Origin: an uncultured virus (IMG/VR IMGVR_UViG_3300031998_000023)
Taxonomy: Duplodnaviria > Heunggongvirae > Uroviricota > Caudoviricetes
Length of the DNA stretch: 63,167 nucleotides
Reading direction: 5' to 3' (one strand)
IMG/VR virus record: IMGVR_UViG_3300031998_000023
The notes under the pieces are model-generated. The model was not told the origin of the DNA and did not search any database. It saw nothing but the letters and a program-made list of their open reading frames with translations. Position numbers and translations under genes: made by a program. Below, piece by piece: positions 20,887-31,413 of this stretch; position 1 is the stretch's first letter; each line of letters starts with the position of its first letter.

Positions 20887-21435
20887 ATGACAGACTTAGA
20901 ATATGCAGTAAAGCACTCAAGGTACGATGGATATGGAAGAGGTAAATTTCCGGATGTAATCCCTTTGGATTTCGGAATGGATTTAAAACTCGAAACAAAA
21001 CCTGAGTATTACCCTAAAATTTCAACGTATCATGAGAGTGGAAAACGAACAGTGACGCTTGAAGTTGATTCCTATGCGGGATATTGTGCGGGCGCAATCC
21101 ATTGGTATGGAAAACTCAAAGCAGATGGTATTGACATTGCTGAAGATACCATTGACGAAAGAACAGGTAAGCCACGGACAACTATTCACGGTGGATATAT
21201 TTGCGAGGAATATAAGAACATGGAAAACAATGCTTTTTATAATTCAAGATATGATTTTGAGATTCTTCGTGAATTGACACAGGAAGATATTGACAGCGAC
21301 CCACATAGATGGGAGTTTTATCGCCCTGGCGATATGGTTAATGCTTTCTATACACCTAAAGAAGTGATTGAAATTGCTAAGAAAGTTGTTTCGGCACGTT
21401 TCCCTGGTTGGAATTTTGAAATCAAAGAATACTAA
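20887..21435 (+). CDS. hypothetical protein
   Basis: First ORF after promoter. Confidence 0.75.
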   Translation: MTDLEYAVKHSRYDGYGRGKFPDVIPLDFGMDLKLETKPEYYPKISTYHESGKRTVTLEVDSYAGYCAGAIHWYGKLKADGIDIAEDTIDERTGKPRTTIHGGYICEEYKNMENNAFYNSRYDFEILRELTQEDIDSDPHRWEFYRPGDMVNAFYTPKEVIEIAKKVVSARFPGWNFEIKEY

Positions 21436-21437
21436 TT

Positions 21438-21683
21438 ATGATTAATACTACTTTAATACTTTACAGATGCAATAACCCCGAATGGGGCCCTATGCTCATC
21501 CAAACAGAAGAACACTTCCCGACACCAGAAAGAGCCTTGGAAATCTATAAGGATTATCTAAGAAAAACTCCATTGGGACAAATGCATCCTAACTGGGTTG
21601 AAGAAAACTCAACAGTTGAGACTCAGGCTGTTGTTATTAGCAATGTATTACTGAGTGAAGACCAAATATTGAAATTAATTTAA
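21438..21683 (+). CDS. hypothetical protein
   Basis: ORF in gene run. Confidence 0.65.
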   Translation: MINTTLILYRCNNPEWGPMLIQTEEHFPTPERALEIYKDYLRKTPLGQMHPNWVEENSTVETQAVVISNVLLSEDQILKLI

Positions 21684-21694
21684 AAAGAATAATT

Positions 21695-22093
21695 ATGAAA
21701 GAATGTAGAGATTGTTTCCACGAATATCATTGTCCTATGCCACAGGAAGGCTATAATTATAACCCTGATACTTGTCCATATAATCCTGATAATCAAGGTC
21801 CTAAATTATCAAAGGATAAACATTTAGAGGAAGTACGTAAGGAAATGGATTCTTACAATAAGAAGATTTTCCAATTTGAACATGACTTCAAGCCTACAAA
21901 TAATGGTAATGTGAAACCTGATAAAGATGGTTTTTATGTTACAATTCGTTGTGGCCTAAGTGGTATTTACCAAATGCTTAATGAATGGAAAAATGGTAGG
22001 TGGATGTGTGGAGTTCTTGATGGAAGCACAACTATTGCTTTCTCAAGAGAGACTATTGAATTAGAATCATTGAAATATTACAAAGGAGAATAG
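21695..22093 (+). CDS. hypothetical protein
   Basis: ORF in gene run. Confidence 0.7.
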   Translation: MKECRDCFHEYHCPMPQEGYNYNPDTCPYNPDNQGPKLSKDKHLEEVRKEMDSYNKKIFQFEHDFKPTNNGNVKPDKDGFYVTIRCGLSGIYQMLNEWKNGRWMCGVLDGSTTIAFSRETIELESLKYYKGE

Positions 22094-22094
22094 T

Positions 22095-22391
22095 ATGGAA
22101 AAACAACCAGAAATAACAATTGAAAATTTGATTTTATGGTTTCGGGACCAATTCAAGAGAAAGACTTGGTTCAGGAACTTTTTCATTACAGGTAATGCAT
22201 GGGCAGCATTTAGTATTAATTCCCATGTAAACCAACATACAGGCAAGCCAAAAGTAATGTATAATACAGAAAAAACAGCAAAAAAGTCTGCTGAGGCAAT
22301 GAGTGAGAAATATGGCACTCATTTCAGTTATTACAAGTGTTTGTTCTGCAATGGATACCATGTTGGTAAAAACCGAGATAATAAGATTTAA
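22095..22391 (+). CDS. Zn-finger-like phage protein
   Basis: KV.Y.T...A...YKCLFCNGYHVG. Confidence 0.7.
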   Translation: MEKQPEITIENLILWFRDQFKRKTWFRNFFITGNAWAAFSINSHVNQHTGKPKVMYNTEKTAKKSAEAMSEKYGTHFSYYKCLFCNGYHVGKNRDNKI

Positions 22392-22401
22392 TAATATGTA
22401 A

Positions 22402-22923
22402 ATGTATAGTAGTTTTAGTTTAGAGGAATTAAAAACAGATGAACCTTGGAAATATGACATAGTTTGGACAACAAAGCAGAAAGACACTGATGTAATATGT
22501 AGCAAATATAATAGAATACGTGGCTACAACAAACACTCAACAAATGTTGCTAATACGGAAGAAGCAATATACCAATTAAAATTCATTTTAGAAACAATTA
22601 TACCTCAAAAAAAAGAAGAATATATTAAATTTAAAGAATTGGCTGAGAGTTCTTTATTGCCAAACTCAATAAAACCATTAACCTCAGCATATTCAAGTTT
22701 ACTTGAAGTCTCTGAACAGGCTAAAAAAGAACTTAAAAACTTTCAAGAAATAGAAAATGATTTTTGTGAAAGAGAACGTGCTTGGCTTGATTTTACTACA
22801 TGGGGACCTCGTGGGTTTATGATTGATGTTATGCATGATTTGGAATGTATTGAAGGGTTCGAGAACAGTGATTATTATGATGAAGCAATTTTTATTATTA
22901 ACAAGTTTAGAATAAGATTATGA
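22402..22923 (+). CDS. hypothetical protein
   Basis: ORF in gene run. Confidence 0.7.
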   Translation: MYSSFSLEELKTDEPWKYDIVWTTKQKDTDVICSKYNRIRGYNKHSTNVANTEEAIYQLKFILETIIPQKKEEYIKFKELAESSLLPNSIKPLTSAYSSLLEVSEQAKKELKNFQEIENDFCERERAWLDFTTWGPRGFMIDVMHDLECIEGFENSDYYDEAIFIINKFRIRL

Positions 22924-23258
22924 CACGTCAAGAATTCAAATCTGCTGTTTTTGCTGTTACTAAAGGAAAGTGTTGCGTTCCTGGATGCAACTGTGACGCA
23001 GTAGATGCTCACCATATATTAGACCGTCACCTTTGGAAAGATTACGGTTACAGAATGTCAAATGGTGCTGCTCTTTGCGCAGAACATCATTTAGATGCTG
23101 AGACTGGAAAGATAACTCCAAGACAATGTATGGAGTATATGGGCATAAAGAAAGAAGATATAGAGATGCCAGAAGCGTTTAACGAAGTTATGACATATGA
23201 AGAATATGTTGATTTCCTATTAAATGACGAAATAAATGTTTCGGGAGAATTGATATAA
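22920..23258 (+). CDS. HNH endonuclease-like protein
   Basis: CCVPGC..DAHHI..NGAALCAEHH. Confidence 0.8.
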   Translation: MTRQEFKSAVFAVTKGKCCVPGCNCDAVDAHHILDRHLWKDYGYRMSNGAALCAEHHLDAETGKITPRQCMEYMGIKKEDIEMPEAFNEVMTYEEYVDFLLNDEINVSGELI

Positions 23259-23263
23259 AAAAG

Positions 23264-23293
23264 AAAATCAGTCTGATAAAGGCTGATTTTTTT
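23264..23293 (+). terminator. intrinsic terminator
   Basis: AATCAGTC-loop-GGCTGATT followed by T run. Confidence 0.7.
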
Positions 23294-23300
23294 GTTTTAT

Positions 23301-23315
23301 TGGCACGATTTTTGT
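23301..23315 (+). promoter_or_regulatory. class I sigma54-type promoter
   Basis: TGGCACGATTTTTGT. Confidence 0.75.
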
Positions 23316-23453
23316 ATATTTTCACCATGGAAGATATTGAAGACGATAAACATTGTAGCTTTTGCATAAATTATGAAACAAGTAATGGATTCATGTATTG
23401 CACGTTTCTAAAAAGACGAATAACAGCAAGAAAAAGACCTTGTAAAGAATATT

Positions 23454-24581
23454 ATGATACAAGACTTATACAATATAATGACTGAAAAGTTCGGTGAGCA
23501 AATGAAGCAAACACCACAGTCGCCAAAATTCCATGGCGAAGGTGATGTCTATGCCCATACTATGATGGTATGCGATGCCTTAAAGCAATTACCTGAGTAT
23601 GCGAAACTCACTGAAAAACAGCAGGATATATTATATGCTGCTGCACTTCTTCATGATATTGGTAAGATAAGTACAACTGTATTCGAGGATGGTGACTGGC
23701 ATTCTCCATACCATGCATTAAAAGGTAGTAGAATTGCCCGTGAACTGTTATTCAAGGATTTGAATATTGGTGGTACTAAAGAACTTATGGAAATGAGGGA
23801 AACAATATGCACGTTAATAAGATACCATTCATTTCCAACACATGCATTTAATGAAAAAGTTGGTGTTTTGAAGATGCACGAAATAGCATCTAATAGTCTT
23901 TTAATGCCTGAATTTTCAATTAAAATGCTTTGTATTCTTTCAAAATCTGACATTCTTGGAAGAATATGCGAAGACCAAGCACAATCTTTATATGAAGTTT
24001 CTTTATGTGAGGAATTAGCAAAAGAAGAGGGTTGCTATGAATCATGCTATCCATTTCCTTCAGACAAGACAAGAAGAGTGTTTCTTTCAAAGAATAATGT
24101 TTGGAAAGATTCAGAATTGTATGATGACACTTGGGGAACTGTTTATATGATGAGTGGCTTGCCTGGCGTTGGGAAAGATTATACAATTAAGAAAGAACTT
24201 TGCGATATACCAATGATTTCTCTTGATGAAATTCGTAAAGAGAAAAAGATTTCACCTACTGACAATCAAGGCGCTGTTGCCAATGCTGGTCGTGAAATGG
24301 CAAAAGAATATCTTCGTAAGCACCAATCATTTGTATGGAATGCGACAAACTTAACTCCACAAATGAGAGAACAACTTATTAGTTTGTTTGAAAGTTATAA
24401 TGCCAATGTACACATAATGTATGTTGAAAGCGCTTATGACAAATTATCAAAGCAGAATAAAGACAGAGAAGATGTTGTACCTCAAGAAGTTATTGATAAA
24501 ATGATTGGTAAATTAGTTCTACCATTGGCATTTGAAGCAAGAAATGTGACTTGGATGTGCTCAAATAATAATAAAAATTAA
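23454..24581 (+). CDS. HD-domain phosphohydrolase fused to AAA_33/polynucleotide-kinase-like P-loop
   Basis: HGEGDVYAHT, ALLHDIGK, GLPGVGKD, SLDEIR, WNATN. Confidence 0.85.
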   Translation: MIQDLYNIMTEKFGEQMKQTPQSPKFHGEGDVYAHTMMVCDALKQLPEYAKLTEKQQDILYAAALLHDIGKISTTVFEDGDWHSPYHALKGSRIARELLFKDLNIGGTKELMEMRETICTLIRYHSFPTHAFNEKVGVLKMHEIASNSLLMPEFSIKMLCILSKSDILGRICEDQAQSLYEVSLCEELAKEEGCYESCYPFPSDKTRRVFLSKNNVWKDSELYDDTWGTVYMMSGLPGVGKDYTIKKELCDIPMISLDEIRKEKKISPTDNQGAVANAGREMAKEYLRKHQSFVWNATNLTPQMREQLISLFESYNANVHIMYVESAYDKLSKQNKDREDVVPQEVIDKMIGKLVLPLAFEARNVTWMCSNNNKN

Positions 24582-24588
24582 ATATATC

Positions 24589-24897
24589 ATGAAAGGATAC
24601 AAAACAAGTAAAGATTTTACACATTTAAGAGAATTATTAGACAAAGGAATACGTGTTGTATGCTTTGTTACATATAATTTCAACAAGTTCCATCATGATG
24701 AAGAACCAATTATTACCACTGATATATGCTTTGGTAAGGTTCTTAATGAAGGAAGTCCTGAGTACAAGCACTATTCTTTCGGAGCAAGAGGTATTGAATA
24801 TTGTGACTACTGGCCAAGCATGGACAGAGAGAAAAAAACATTTGAAGAGACTTGTGAAGAATATAATATAGAGTACATTGAACCAACAGAAGAATGA
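24589..24897 (+). CDS. hypothetical protein
   Basis: ORF in gene run. Confidence 0.7.
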   Translation: MKGYKTSKDFTHLRELLDKGIRVVCFVTYNFNKFHHDEEPIITTDICFGKVLNEGSPEYKHYSFGARGIEYCDYWPSMDREKKTFEETCEEYNIEYIEPTEE

Positions 24898-25091
24898 AAG
24901 ACCGCAAAGGAAATACAATAACAAAAGGCTCCATGCTCAAAAACACAGCAACAAAGGATATTGTTGTTATTGAGAGAATTGAGAATGATAAAGCCTATGT
25001 TGAGAATGACGAAATAAATGACTATGGCTATATTGGTAATTGGTTTATTTCAAAAGATGAAATTGCTGACCATTGGGAATTAATATTTTAA
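24894..25091 (+). CDS. hypothetical protein
   Basis: ORF in gene run. Confidence 0.65.
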   Translation: MKDRKGNTITKGSMLKNTATKDIVVIERIENDKAYVENDEINDYGYIGNWFISKDEIADHWELIF

Positions 25092-25245
25092 ATTATGGAT
25101 AAAGAAATTATACAACAAATCTTAGATAAGATTGATTCAACTATTGCCGATTATAAGAATGACCATGATTTAACATCGGGGGAAAGAACTTGGGCAACAT
25201 GTGCATTGGGTGAAGTAAAAATGTTTGTCAAAATGTTTGCTTAAT

Positions 25246-25260
25246 TGGCACGATTTTTGA
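25246..25260 (+). promoter_or_regulatory. class I sigma54-type promoter
   Basis: TGGCACGATTTTTGA. Confidence 0.75.
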
Positions 25261-25284
25261 TGTAACAAATAAAAATTAACTGTT

Positions 25285-25554
25285 ATGAGTAAAACAAGAG
25301 TTTGGTTTAGGCCCATTGAGGGTACTGAAGTTATAGAAGGAAACCATCGTTCTGTAAAGGTGGAAAAGATTCTTCAAGGTAAGAAGTGGTGGATGTTAAG
25401 ATGGCATGACTGCTATACAAAAGTTGATGAAAAGGGAATGGAATATCTTCCAATAAAATCAGGATACTTTATGGATACTGATGAATGGAAAGAACTTTTA
25501 GAAAAAGAAAAATATATTTGGCTGTTTTATCCTTATTTCATAATTAAACTTTAA
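25285..25554 (+). CDS. hypothetical protein
   Basis: First ORF after promoter. Confidence 0.7.
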   Translation: MSKTRVWFRPIEGTEVIEGNHRSVKVEKILQGKKWWMLRWHDCYTKVDEKGMEYLPIKSGYFMDTDEWKELLEKEKYIWLFYPYFIIKL

Positions 25555-25559
25555 CTAAA

Positions 25560-26048
25560 ATGAACAAATCACGTAAATACTACATTGCCACATTAATTTG
25601 TGGGATTCTTATGATTTTGGCATTTTTCTTCGAGTTCTATCTTTTATGTGCTTTTTTGTTTTGGCCTACTGTTATTCTGCCTTTTTTTGGTTATTGGAAA
25701 CAAAGAGACGAAAGAACAATTAAAGATTACAGTGAATTTATTGACATGTCTGACTTCTCAATAGGGATGGATATGCAAGAAGTGATGAGGAAAAATTCAA
25801 AGTATGTAGTAACACGTATATATGATGAAAAAACATTAGAGCCAAATAATATTTGCCCATCATGCGGAGCACACACGCACAATGGTAAGTGTTCTTATTG
25901 CGGAGGTGTTTATGATACAAGCCTTAATATTTCTGGCCTTGAATACAATTGCATATATGGAGCAAGAATATTTGAATTCGATTCTGACGGAAAGTTAGTT
26001 AAAATTAAGAAATGGGCTTATCCTATTGAAAAGTTTTTAAGCGAATAA
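25560..26048 (+). CDS. membrane protein with Zn ribbon
   Basis: 2 TM segments, CPSCG..CSYCG. Confidence 0.7.
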   Translation: MNKSRKYYIATLICGILMILAFFFEFYLLCAFLFWPTVILPFFGYWKQRDERTIKDYSEFIDMSDFSIGMDMQEVMRKNSKYVVTRIYDEKTLEPNNICPSCGAHTHNGKCSYCGGVYDTSLNISGLEYNCIYGARIFEFDSDGKLVKIKKWAYPIEKFLSE

Positions 26049-26066
26049 TTAATAAAATTTTATAAT

Positions 26067-26444
26067 ATGAAAATTTACGTTTACTATGAAGAAGATGGGC
26101 GTGTTGGATATGTACGTTTGTTAGAGCCCGAAAAGGGTCATACAATCCAAGATTACTATGACAAGGCAAAAGAATACAATGAGAAATTGAAAAGAGAGGC
26201 TTATGTCATCTTTGATATTGAAGATGAGAAACTTGGGGAAGCCATTCTTTATCTCTTAGGTGAAAAAAAATACAAGAGATATGCTGACATTGATGACCTT
26301 GACGATTCAATTAATAACATCAGGTCAGAAGTTGTTGATTTGTATGATACTGCATTTGATATGAATCAAAGCATTGAACGCATTGAGAAACTGTTTGAAA
26401 AGGTAAAAGAATCTTTTGAAAAATTGGAAGGAACCAATAAATGA
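26067..26444 (+). CDS. hypothetical protein
   Basis: ORF in gene run. Confidence 0.7.
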   Translation: MKIYVYYEEDGRVGYVRLLEPEKGHTIQDYYDKAKEYNEKLKREAYVIFDIEDEKLGEAILYLLGEKKYKRYADIDDLDDSINNIRSEVVDLYDTAFDMNQSIERIEKLFEKVKESFEKLEGTNK

Positions 26445-26800
26445 GTGCTTTGGTATTTGGCTTATTAATTATGCTCGTTTCGTTCCTATATTTAGGGTCA
26501 ATTGCTGTTGAGGATTATAAAACGAAAAAGTTTGGAAAGCATGTTATTTCCTTATTTCAGCCGGGAAGGGTTGTAAAGGAAATAGAAATAAGTGGCCATG
26601 TAAAGCCAATTGAACATATAAGGAGTGTTTACACTGTTATAGAAAGAAAAGATTACTATGTCTTAGTTAAAGATGAAAAAGGATTTGAAAACGAATTTTC
26701 TATTGGCGGATTTTTCATGCTTAGTGATAGAGTTGACTTCTATGAAAGTGATGGCACATTTATAGAAAGCGTTAGTTCTAAAAAGTATTTAGAATATTAA
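26441..26800 (+). CDS. membrane-anchored hypothetical protein
   Basis: N-terminal TM segment. Confidence 0.7.
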   Translation: MSALVFGLLIMLVSFLYLGSIAVEDYKTKKFGKHVISLFQPGRVVKEIEISGHVKPIEHIRSVYTVIERKDYYVLVKDEKGFENEFSIGGFFMLSDRVDFYESDGTFIESVSSKKYLEY

Positions 26801-26801
26801 T

Positions 26802-26829
26802 TTGTAATAATAAATTTTAATTGTATATT
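26802..26829 (+). promoter_or_regulatory. class II (sigma70-like) promoter
   Basis: TTGTAA-N16-TATATT. Confidence 0.45.
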
Positions 26830-26835
26830 CTTAAT

Positions 26836-27108
26836 ATGGAAATAAACAATATTGATAAAGGATATATTGAAAATGAACGTGATAAGGCCCTAAAGAACGA
26901 CCATTTTGTTCTTGATATATGGTCATGGAAACGTGGATGGGGAGCCGCTATGAGGTTTGCAAAGAAAGTAGATAATGCGTATGGTATTTGTGACCATTGC
27001 CATAAACTAATACTTCCAAACAAAAATGGAGAGGCTGATTATGTTATTGGGGTTGATTGTATATTATGCTCAGATTGTAATAATAAACTTAAAAACGAAG
27101 AAATCTAA
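26836..27108 (+). CDS. Zn-finger hypothetical protein
   Basis: CDHC...CSDC. Confidence 0.65.
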   Translation: MEINNIDKGYIENERDKALKNDHFVLDIWSWKRGWGAAMRFAKKVDNAYGICDHCHKLILPNKNGEADYVIGVDCILCSDCNNKLKNEEI

Positions 27109-27539
27109 TGTGCTTATATTCTGACAGTAGAGTTGCCATGGTTGCAGAAAAAGACATTGAATGCTACAAACTCGTTAGACCTTATTATGATAGGAATGAT
27201 GAGTATGCAACTTATTTTATGTGTTCAAAAATTGAGCCTGAAGTGCTAAGTGGAGAAACACCATTTGTTGGCAAAAAGATATTTGTTGATGGACAGATTT
27301 CAGAAAATTTTGACACACTACCAAGTATTCGTGATTACAAATACAAAATAAGGGACAACTATATTCATACATTTGCAAACTTGGAAGATTTTGAAACACT
27401 TGGATTTAAGAATTTCAATGTTTTTAAATGTGTTATACCAAAGGGAGCCAAGTTTTTTATGGGAACGTTTCCAATAAGGGAAAATAGCCTTGATGCTTTT
27501 TGTTCAAGTGAAATAATTTTTAAAGAAAAGATACAATGA
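27108..27539 (+). CDS. hypothetical phage protein
   Basis: MCL..AEKDIECYK..IHTF..CVIPKG; paralog of 38839..39309. Confidence 0.75.
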   Translation: MCLYSDSRVAMVAEKDIECYKLVRPYYDRNDEYATYFMCSKIEPEVLSGETPFVGKKIFVDGQISENFDTLPSIRDYKYKIRDNYIHTFANLEDFETLGFKNFNVFKCVIPKGAKFFMGTFPIRENSLDAFCSSEIIFKEKIQ

Positions 27540-27985
27540 AGACAGTAACATGTGCAATGGTTTTAATCAATAAAGATGGCGACATTTTAGGTTGCCATGG
27601 AACTGAAAAGCCAATCGAAAACGGATATGATTTGCCAAAGGGTTGCCGTGATGATGCCGATAAAGATGATTTAGCTACGGCAATAAGAGAGTTACAGGAA
27701 GAAACAGGAATTATTCTTCTTGATAAAGAAAATGTTATTGATGCGGGTGTACATAAGCATAACGCCAAGAAAAACATTCATATATTCATTTATAGAGTTA
27801 AGTCTTTTATGAATTTGTTTGACCTTAGCAAATTGAATTGTACCACATACTTTGAGGATAAGCATGGTAAAACAGTTCCTGAAATGGATGGATATAGGAT
27901 TATTTCAAAAGGAGAACGTAGTAAGTATTTCTACCATGTTCTTCAAGACAAATTTGAATTGATTGACAAATTAAACGAAAAATGA
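27536..27985 (+). CDS. NUDIX hydrolase
   Basis: Nudix box PKG...AIRELQEETG. Confidence 0.9.
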   Translation: MKTVTCAMVLINKDGDILGCHGTEKPIENGYDLPKGCRDDADKDDLATAIRELQEETGIILLDKENVIDAGVHKHNAKKNIHIFIYRVKSFMNLFDLSKLNCTTYFEDKHGKTVPEMDGYRIISKGERSKYFYHVLQDKFELIDKLNEK

Positions 27986-28109
27986 AAGTATTGATTTTTA
28001 TACTTAGTTTTATTTTGATTATGGGAATCGTTGGAGTAATTGCTACGATAACAGATGATAGCGATTATGATTCATATGATGACGATTACTATTGGATGGA
28101 TGATTAATT

Positions 28110-28754
28110 ATGGCAAGCACAGAATTTTACATTATTAAACAAGACAAACACATTGAGTATTACGGAGCAGCAAAGGCTGCAATGATGGGTTCACTACATA
28201 TTTGGAATACTCTTGAAAAGAAGTATTTACCTTCTCTTAAAAGATATTCTTGGGAAATTGGTGAACCAAGAGAAGAAGAATATAAGAGCAGAGTTACACA
28301 AAGCATGGTTAGTTTCTTCTCAGGTGGGCAAGATTATATACAAGAAGTGTGGAATCTTGGTATTACAAAAGATATAGATGTTGATTGGAAAGACCGTCTT
28401 GTGATGGAATCAACAATGGACAATGTGTACATTGCATATGATGACATGGTAGAGCTTGCAGATGCACTTAGAAGTGTTGAATATGCAACTGACAATATGA
28501 AAACACAGGCCGATTTATTTGATGAAATCCATGAGAAATACACAAAGGATGACATTATTGGTGTGTTCGTTTTAGGAACAAGCGTTTGCTCAATTAGTGA
28601 CCAAGCTTCTTATGCTGATGATGACACTGAACATGAGTTTCCATTGTTTAATGAAAAGTGGGATGATTGTATCGGTAGGCTCAGGAAATTGAGAGACTTG
28701 GGCTATGATATTGACAAATATGTAGAATTTGAAAATAATAACAAAACTGAATAA
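28110..28754 (+). CDS. hypothetical protein
   Basis: ORF in gene run. Confidence 0.75.
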   Translation: MASTEFYIIKQDKHIEYYGAAKAAMMGSLHIWNTLEKKYLPSLKRYSWEIGEPREEEYKSRVTQSMVSFFSGGQDYIQEVWNLGITKDIDVDWKDRLVMESTMDNVYIAYDDMVELADALRSVEYATDNMKTQADLFDEIHEKYTKDDIIGVFVLGTSVCSISDQASYADDDTEHEFPLFNEKWDDCIGRLRKLRDLGYDIDKYVEFENNNKTE

Positions 28755-28756
28755 AC

Positions 28757-28951
28757 ATGACTACACAAGCAATTTTAGTATCCATTCAATTTCTTTTGAT
28801 TATAGTGCAAGTTATTTCTGGCATTATTCACATGAGAAAACTTAGAAATGGCGAAAAACTTACTGAAGACCAAACTCGTGCATTTAGAATTTTGAATTTT
28901 GGACCTTGTATTTTAGTTTGGATTATCTTCTTTATTATCCTATTCATGTAA
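28757..28951 (+). CDS. small membrane protein
   Basis: 2 TM segments. Confidence 0.65.
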   Translation: MTTQAILVSIQFLLIIVQVISGIIHMRKLRNGEKLTEDQTRAFRILNFGPCILVWIIFFIILFM

Positions 28952-28954
28952 CTT

Positions 28955-28969
28955 TGGCACGATTTTTGA
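28955..28969 (+). promoter_or_regulatory. class I sigma54-type promoter
   Basis: TGGCACGATTTTTGA. Confidence 0.75.
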
Positions 28970-28999
28970 TATAGTAAGGTAAATCAAAATTCACATATC

Positions 29000-29977
29000 A
29001 TGGAAAATATTAAAACCGCTGGTGATTTTATCGCAAACGTACTTAACAAGGAATTTTTCCCTGTTCAAATTGACAATGATTTCAAAGTTGGTCATGGGCA
29101 TACTTTGTCTGTGAAAATTGTAATGCCTTGCTATTGTCAGGCCAATTGTCCTTTCTGCTTCAATAAGCAAACAAGTGAGACACAAGTCCATGACACAAGA
29201 GCTTTTTTCAAGAATATGAAAGATTCTCTTGAGGAACTGTTTGCAAATATCCATGACAGACGTATTTCCCTTGACATTACGGGAAATGAGCCAACTTTCA
29301 ATGTAAAAGAGTTCGTTGAACTTATGAATATGTTGGCATACTTCAAAGAACGATACAAAGAGAAAGTTGACAAGATTGTTCTTACTACCAACGGCTATCA
29401 TCTTAATGAGTGCATGATTTACATGAAGGATATTGTGGATATTGTCAATATCTCAGTCCACCATTATGAGTATCTGAAAAGAACATCGGAAATATTCAGG
29501 ACCAAATATATTCCTTCAAATGAAGACCTTAAAAAGTTGAATGAAGAGTTACATGAAAGAGGTATTGCAACTACTTCAATTGCAGTTATTTATGAACCTT
29601 TTGAGGATTATTTGGACTATGTTTTGTTTGTCCTGAAATTTGTTGACTTCTCAAAGGATTGTGGATTCGACAATACAAGAATCAGGCTTGACTTCTGTGA
29701 TGAGACAGGAGAAATGAACAAGATTTTCAACGAATATAAATTTGACGAAGAGATTGTCCAAGAACAGGCTGGCCTTGCTACAAAGATTCTCAACAGACAT
29801 GGATTTGAAATTAGGATTTACAAGGGGGTTAAAGACCTTGTTGATTATGTTATCGGTGTAGAAATGGTTGTTGATGATGATGGTAAAATTTACCTTGACT
29901 ACAATAAGAGGTATTGCCTAAATGGTGAAGAATATTGGCATACGTTCAATGATTTTATTTACGTAATTAAACAGTAA
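29000..29977 (+). CDS. radical SAM protein
   Basis: CQANCPFC (CxxxCxxC), ITGNEPT, LTTNG, NISVH. Confidence 0.9.
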   Translation: MENIKTAGDFIANVLNKEFFPVQIDNDFKVGHGHTLSVKIVMPCYCQANCPFCFNKQTSETQVHDTRAFFKNMKDSLEELFANIHDRRISLDITGNEPTFNVKEFVELMNMLAYFKERYKEKVDKIVLTTNGYHLNECMIYMKDIVDIVNISVHHYEYLKRTSEIFRTKYIPSNEDLKKLNEELHERGIATTSIAVIYEPFEDYLDYVLFVLKFVDFSKDCGFDNTRIRLDFCDETGEMNKIFNEYKFDEEIVQEQAGLATKILNRHGFEIRIYKGVKDLVDYVIGVEMVVDDDGKIYLDYNKRYCLNGEEYWHTFNDFIYVIKQ

Positions 29978-30145
29978 TATTATGGCTAACATTCATAACA
30001 CTTTCGGAGAGTTTGAAATGGATTGGGATGGATTCTTCAAAGATTGTATTGTCCCAATTATGAACACAGAAACTAACTCACTATTGACACAAGAAATTAA
30101 AGACGAATGGGCAAGAATTGCAGTAACCATTAACGCAGATAAACT

Positions 30146-30589
30146 ATGATTACAATTGATTCGGTAGAACCTGGCACGAAGTTCGTAACAACGGCAATTA
30201 TGCACAAAGATGACAAACGTGAATTTTTGAAACATTTTGGTGCATCAAGAGACCATTGCTATGTATGGGGCTGCAAGCCTGAAGACATTGTTGATGTTGA
30301 ATGTGAGATAATCGAAAACGATGTTCTTGTGGACCAATTAATGAGAGACAAGAACTATGACTGCAACAAACAAGATTATTTTGCATGTGTCAGTGTTGAA
30401 GATGATGGTACGCTTGATGTTGGAATCGTTGAACCAAACATTAAAGTATTCTTTATGTGTTTCCCATACGGATGTGATGCCGAAAGACTTTGGAATCACG
30501 ATGTAAAAGACGTTTGGACACACGAATTAAAACATAAAAAGGGAGATAGAAAAAACTATATGGTAACATTAAAAGTCAAAATATTATGA
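30146..30589 (+). CDS. hypothetical protein
   Basis: ORF in gene run. Confidence 0.7.
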   Translation: MITIDSVEPGTKFVTTAIMHKDDKREFLKHFGASRDHCYVWGCKPEDIVDVECEIIENDVLVDQLMRDKNYDCNKQDYFACVSVEDDGTLDVGIVEPNIKVFFMCFPYGCDAERLWNHDVKDVWTHELKHKKGDRKNYMVTLKVKIL

Positions 30590-30852
30590 TTTACTTAGAA
30601 AGAATTTGGAACTTAATTAAGTGGATTTTCCTTTTGATTACACGAATAGTAGGAATGTTTACACTGATTCCTATTGCTTTTGTTCTTCAAATAAGCGTTG
30701 AACTTATTGTAGCAGCAGTTTATTATGTAGTTACAGGAAACAACTATTGGGACTTCCATTACCCGATTGTTGAAGCTGTTATGGAATGGATAATCAATTG
30801 CGAAGAATTTGAATGGAGAAAGAAATATTACGACAAAGATAGAACGTGGTAA
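30586..30852 (+). CDS. YY.V.TG-family membrane protein
   Basis: Hydrophobic core then AVYYVVTG. Confidence 0.7.
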   Translation: MIYLERIWNLIKWIFLLITRIVGMFTLIPIAFVLQISVELIVAAVYYVVTGNNYWDFHYPIVEAVMEWIINCEEFEWRKKYYDKDRTW

Positions 30853-30874
30853 ATAATTTAATAAACAATAACTT

Positions 30875-31312
30875 ATGGAAATTTTAATTATTATTTTGAT
30901 TGTAGTTCTTATACTACAAAGCGGTATGTACATTTACGGGCACTTTTTTGATATTCATGCCAATAAGGAAAATGATGCTGCACTTAGTATGATGGATACT
31001 GCATTGAAACAGTATTCTTCTAACATAATCAGCCTTCAAAAGCAACTTCAAGGCCGTGATGATTCAATTGCACAGTGGAGTAAAAATTACAATGATTTGA
31101 CAAAGAAATTCAATCAACTTGTGGCTTTCCTACCTAATGCAATTCAAAAGGAATCAATCAGAAAGGTTGCCAATGGAGAATCAAATGAATCTGATATTGA
31201 AATCATCAAGGAGTACTACAAGTGGCTTCAGAATATCAAGTACGATGATTCAGTCGAAAGGTATGATGAAAAACTTGAAAATCATTCAGATAATGAAACA
31301 GAAGATAAGTAA
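30875..31312 (+). CDS. membrane-anchored coiled-coil protein
   Basis: N-terminal TM segment, heptads. Confidence 0.7.
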   Translation: MEILIIILIVVLILQSGMYIYGHFFDIHANKENDAALSMMDTALKQYSSNIISLQKQLQGRDDSIAQWSKNYNDLTKKFNQLVAFLPNAIQKESIRKVANGESNESDIEIIKEYYKWLQNIKYDDSVERYDEKLENHSDNETEDK

Positions 31313-31413
31313 AAAAGATGTTCAAAGAAGCTTCCAAAAGTGCATGGAGGCTTCTTTAATCTTATCTGTTGATAAGGTTTATAGTAAACAAAATAAAATT
31401 AAAATTGTAAGAA

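Noticed and set aside
22920..23258. HNH as intron-encoded or mobile element
   Set aside because: Free-standing and translationally coupled; no split gene or intron structure around it.
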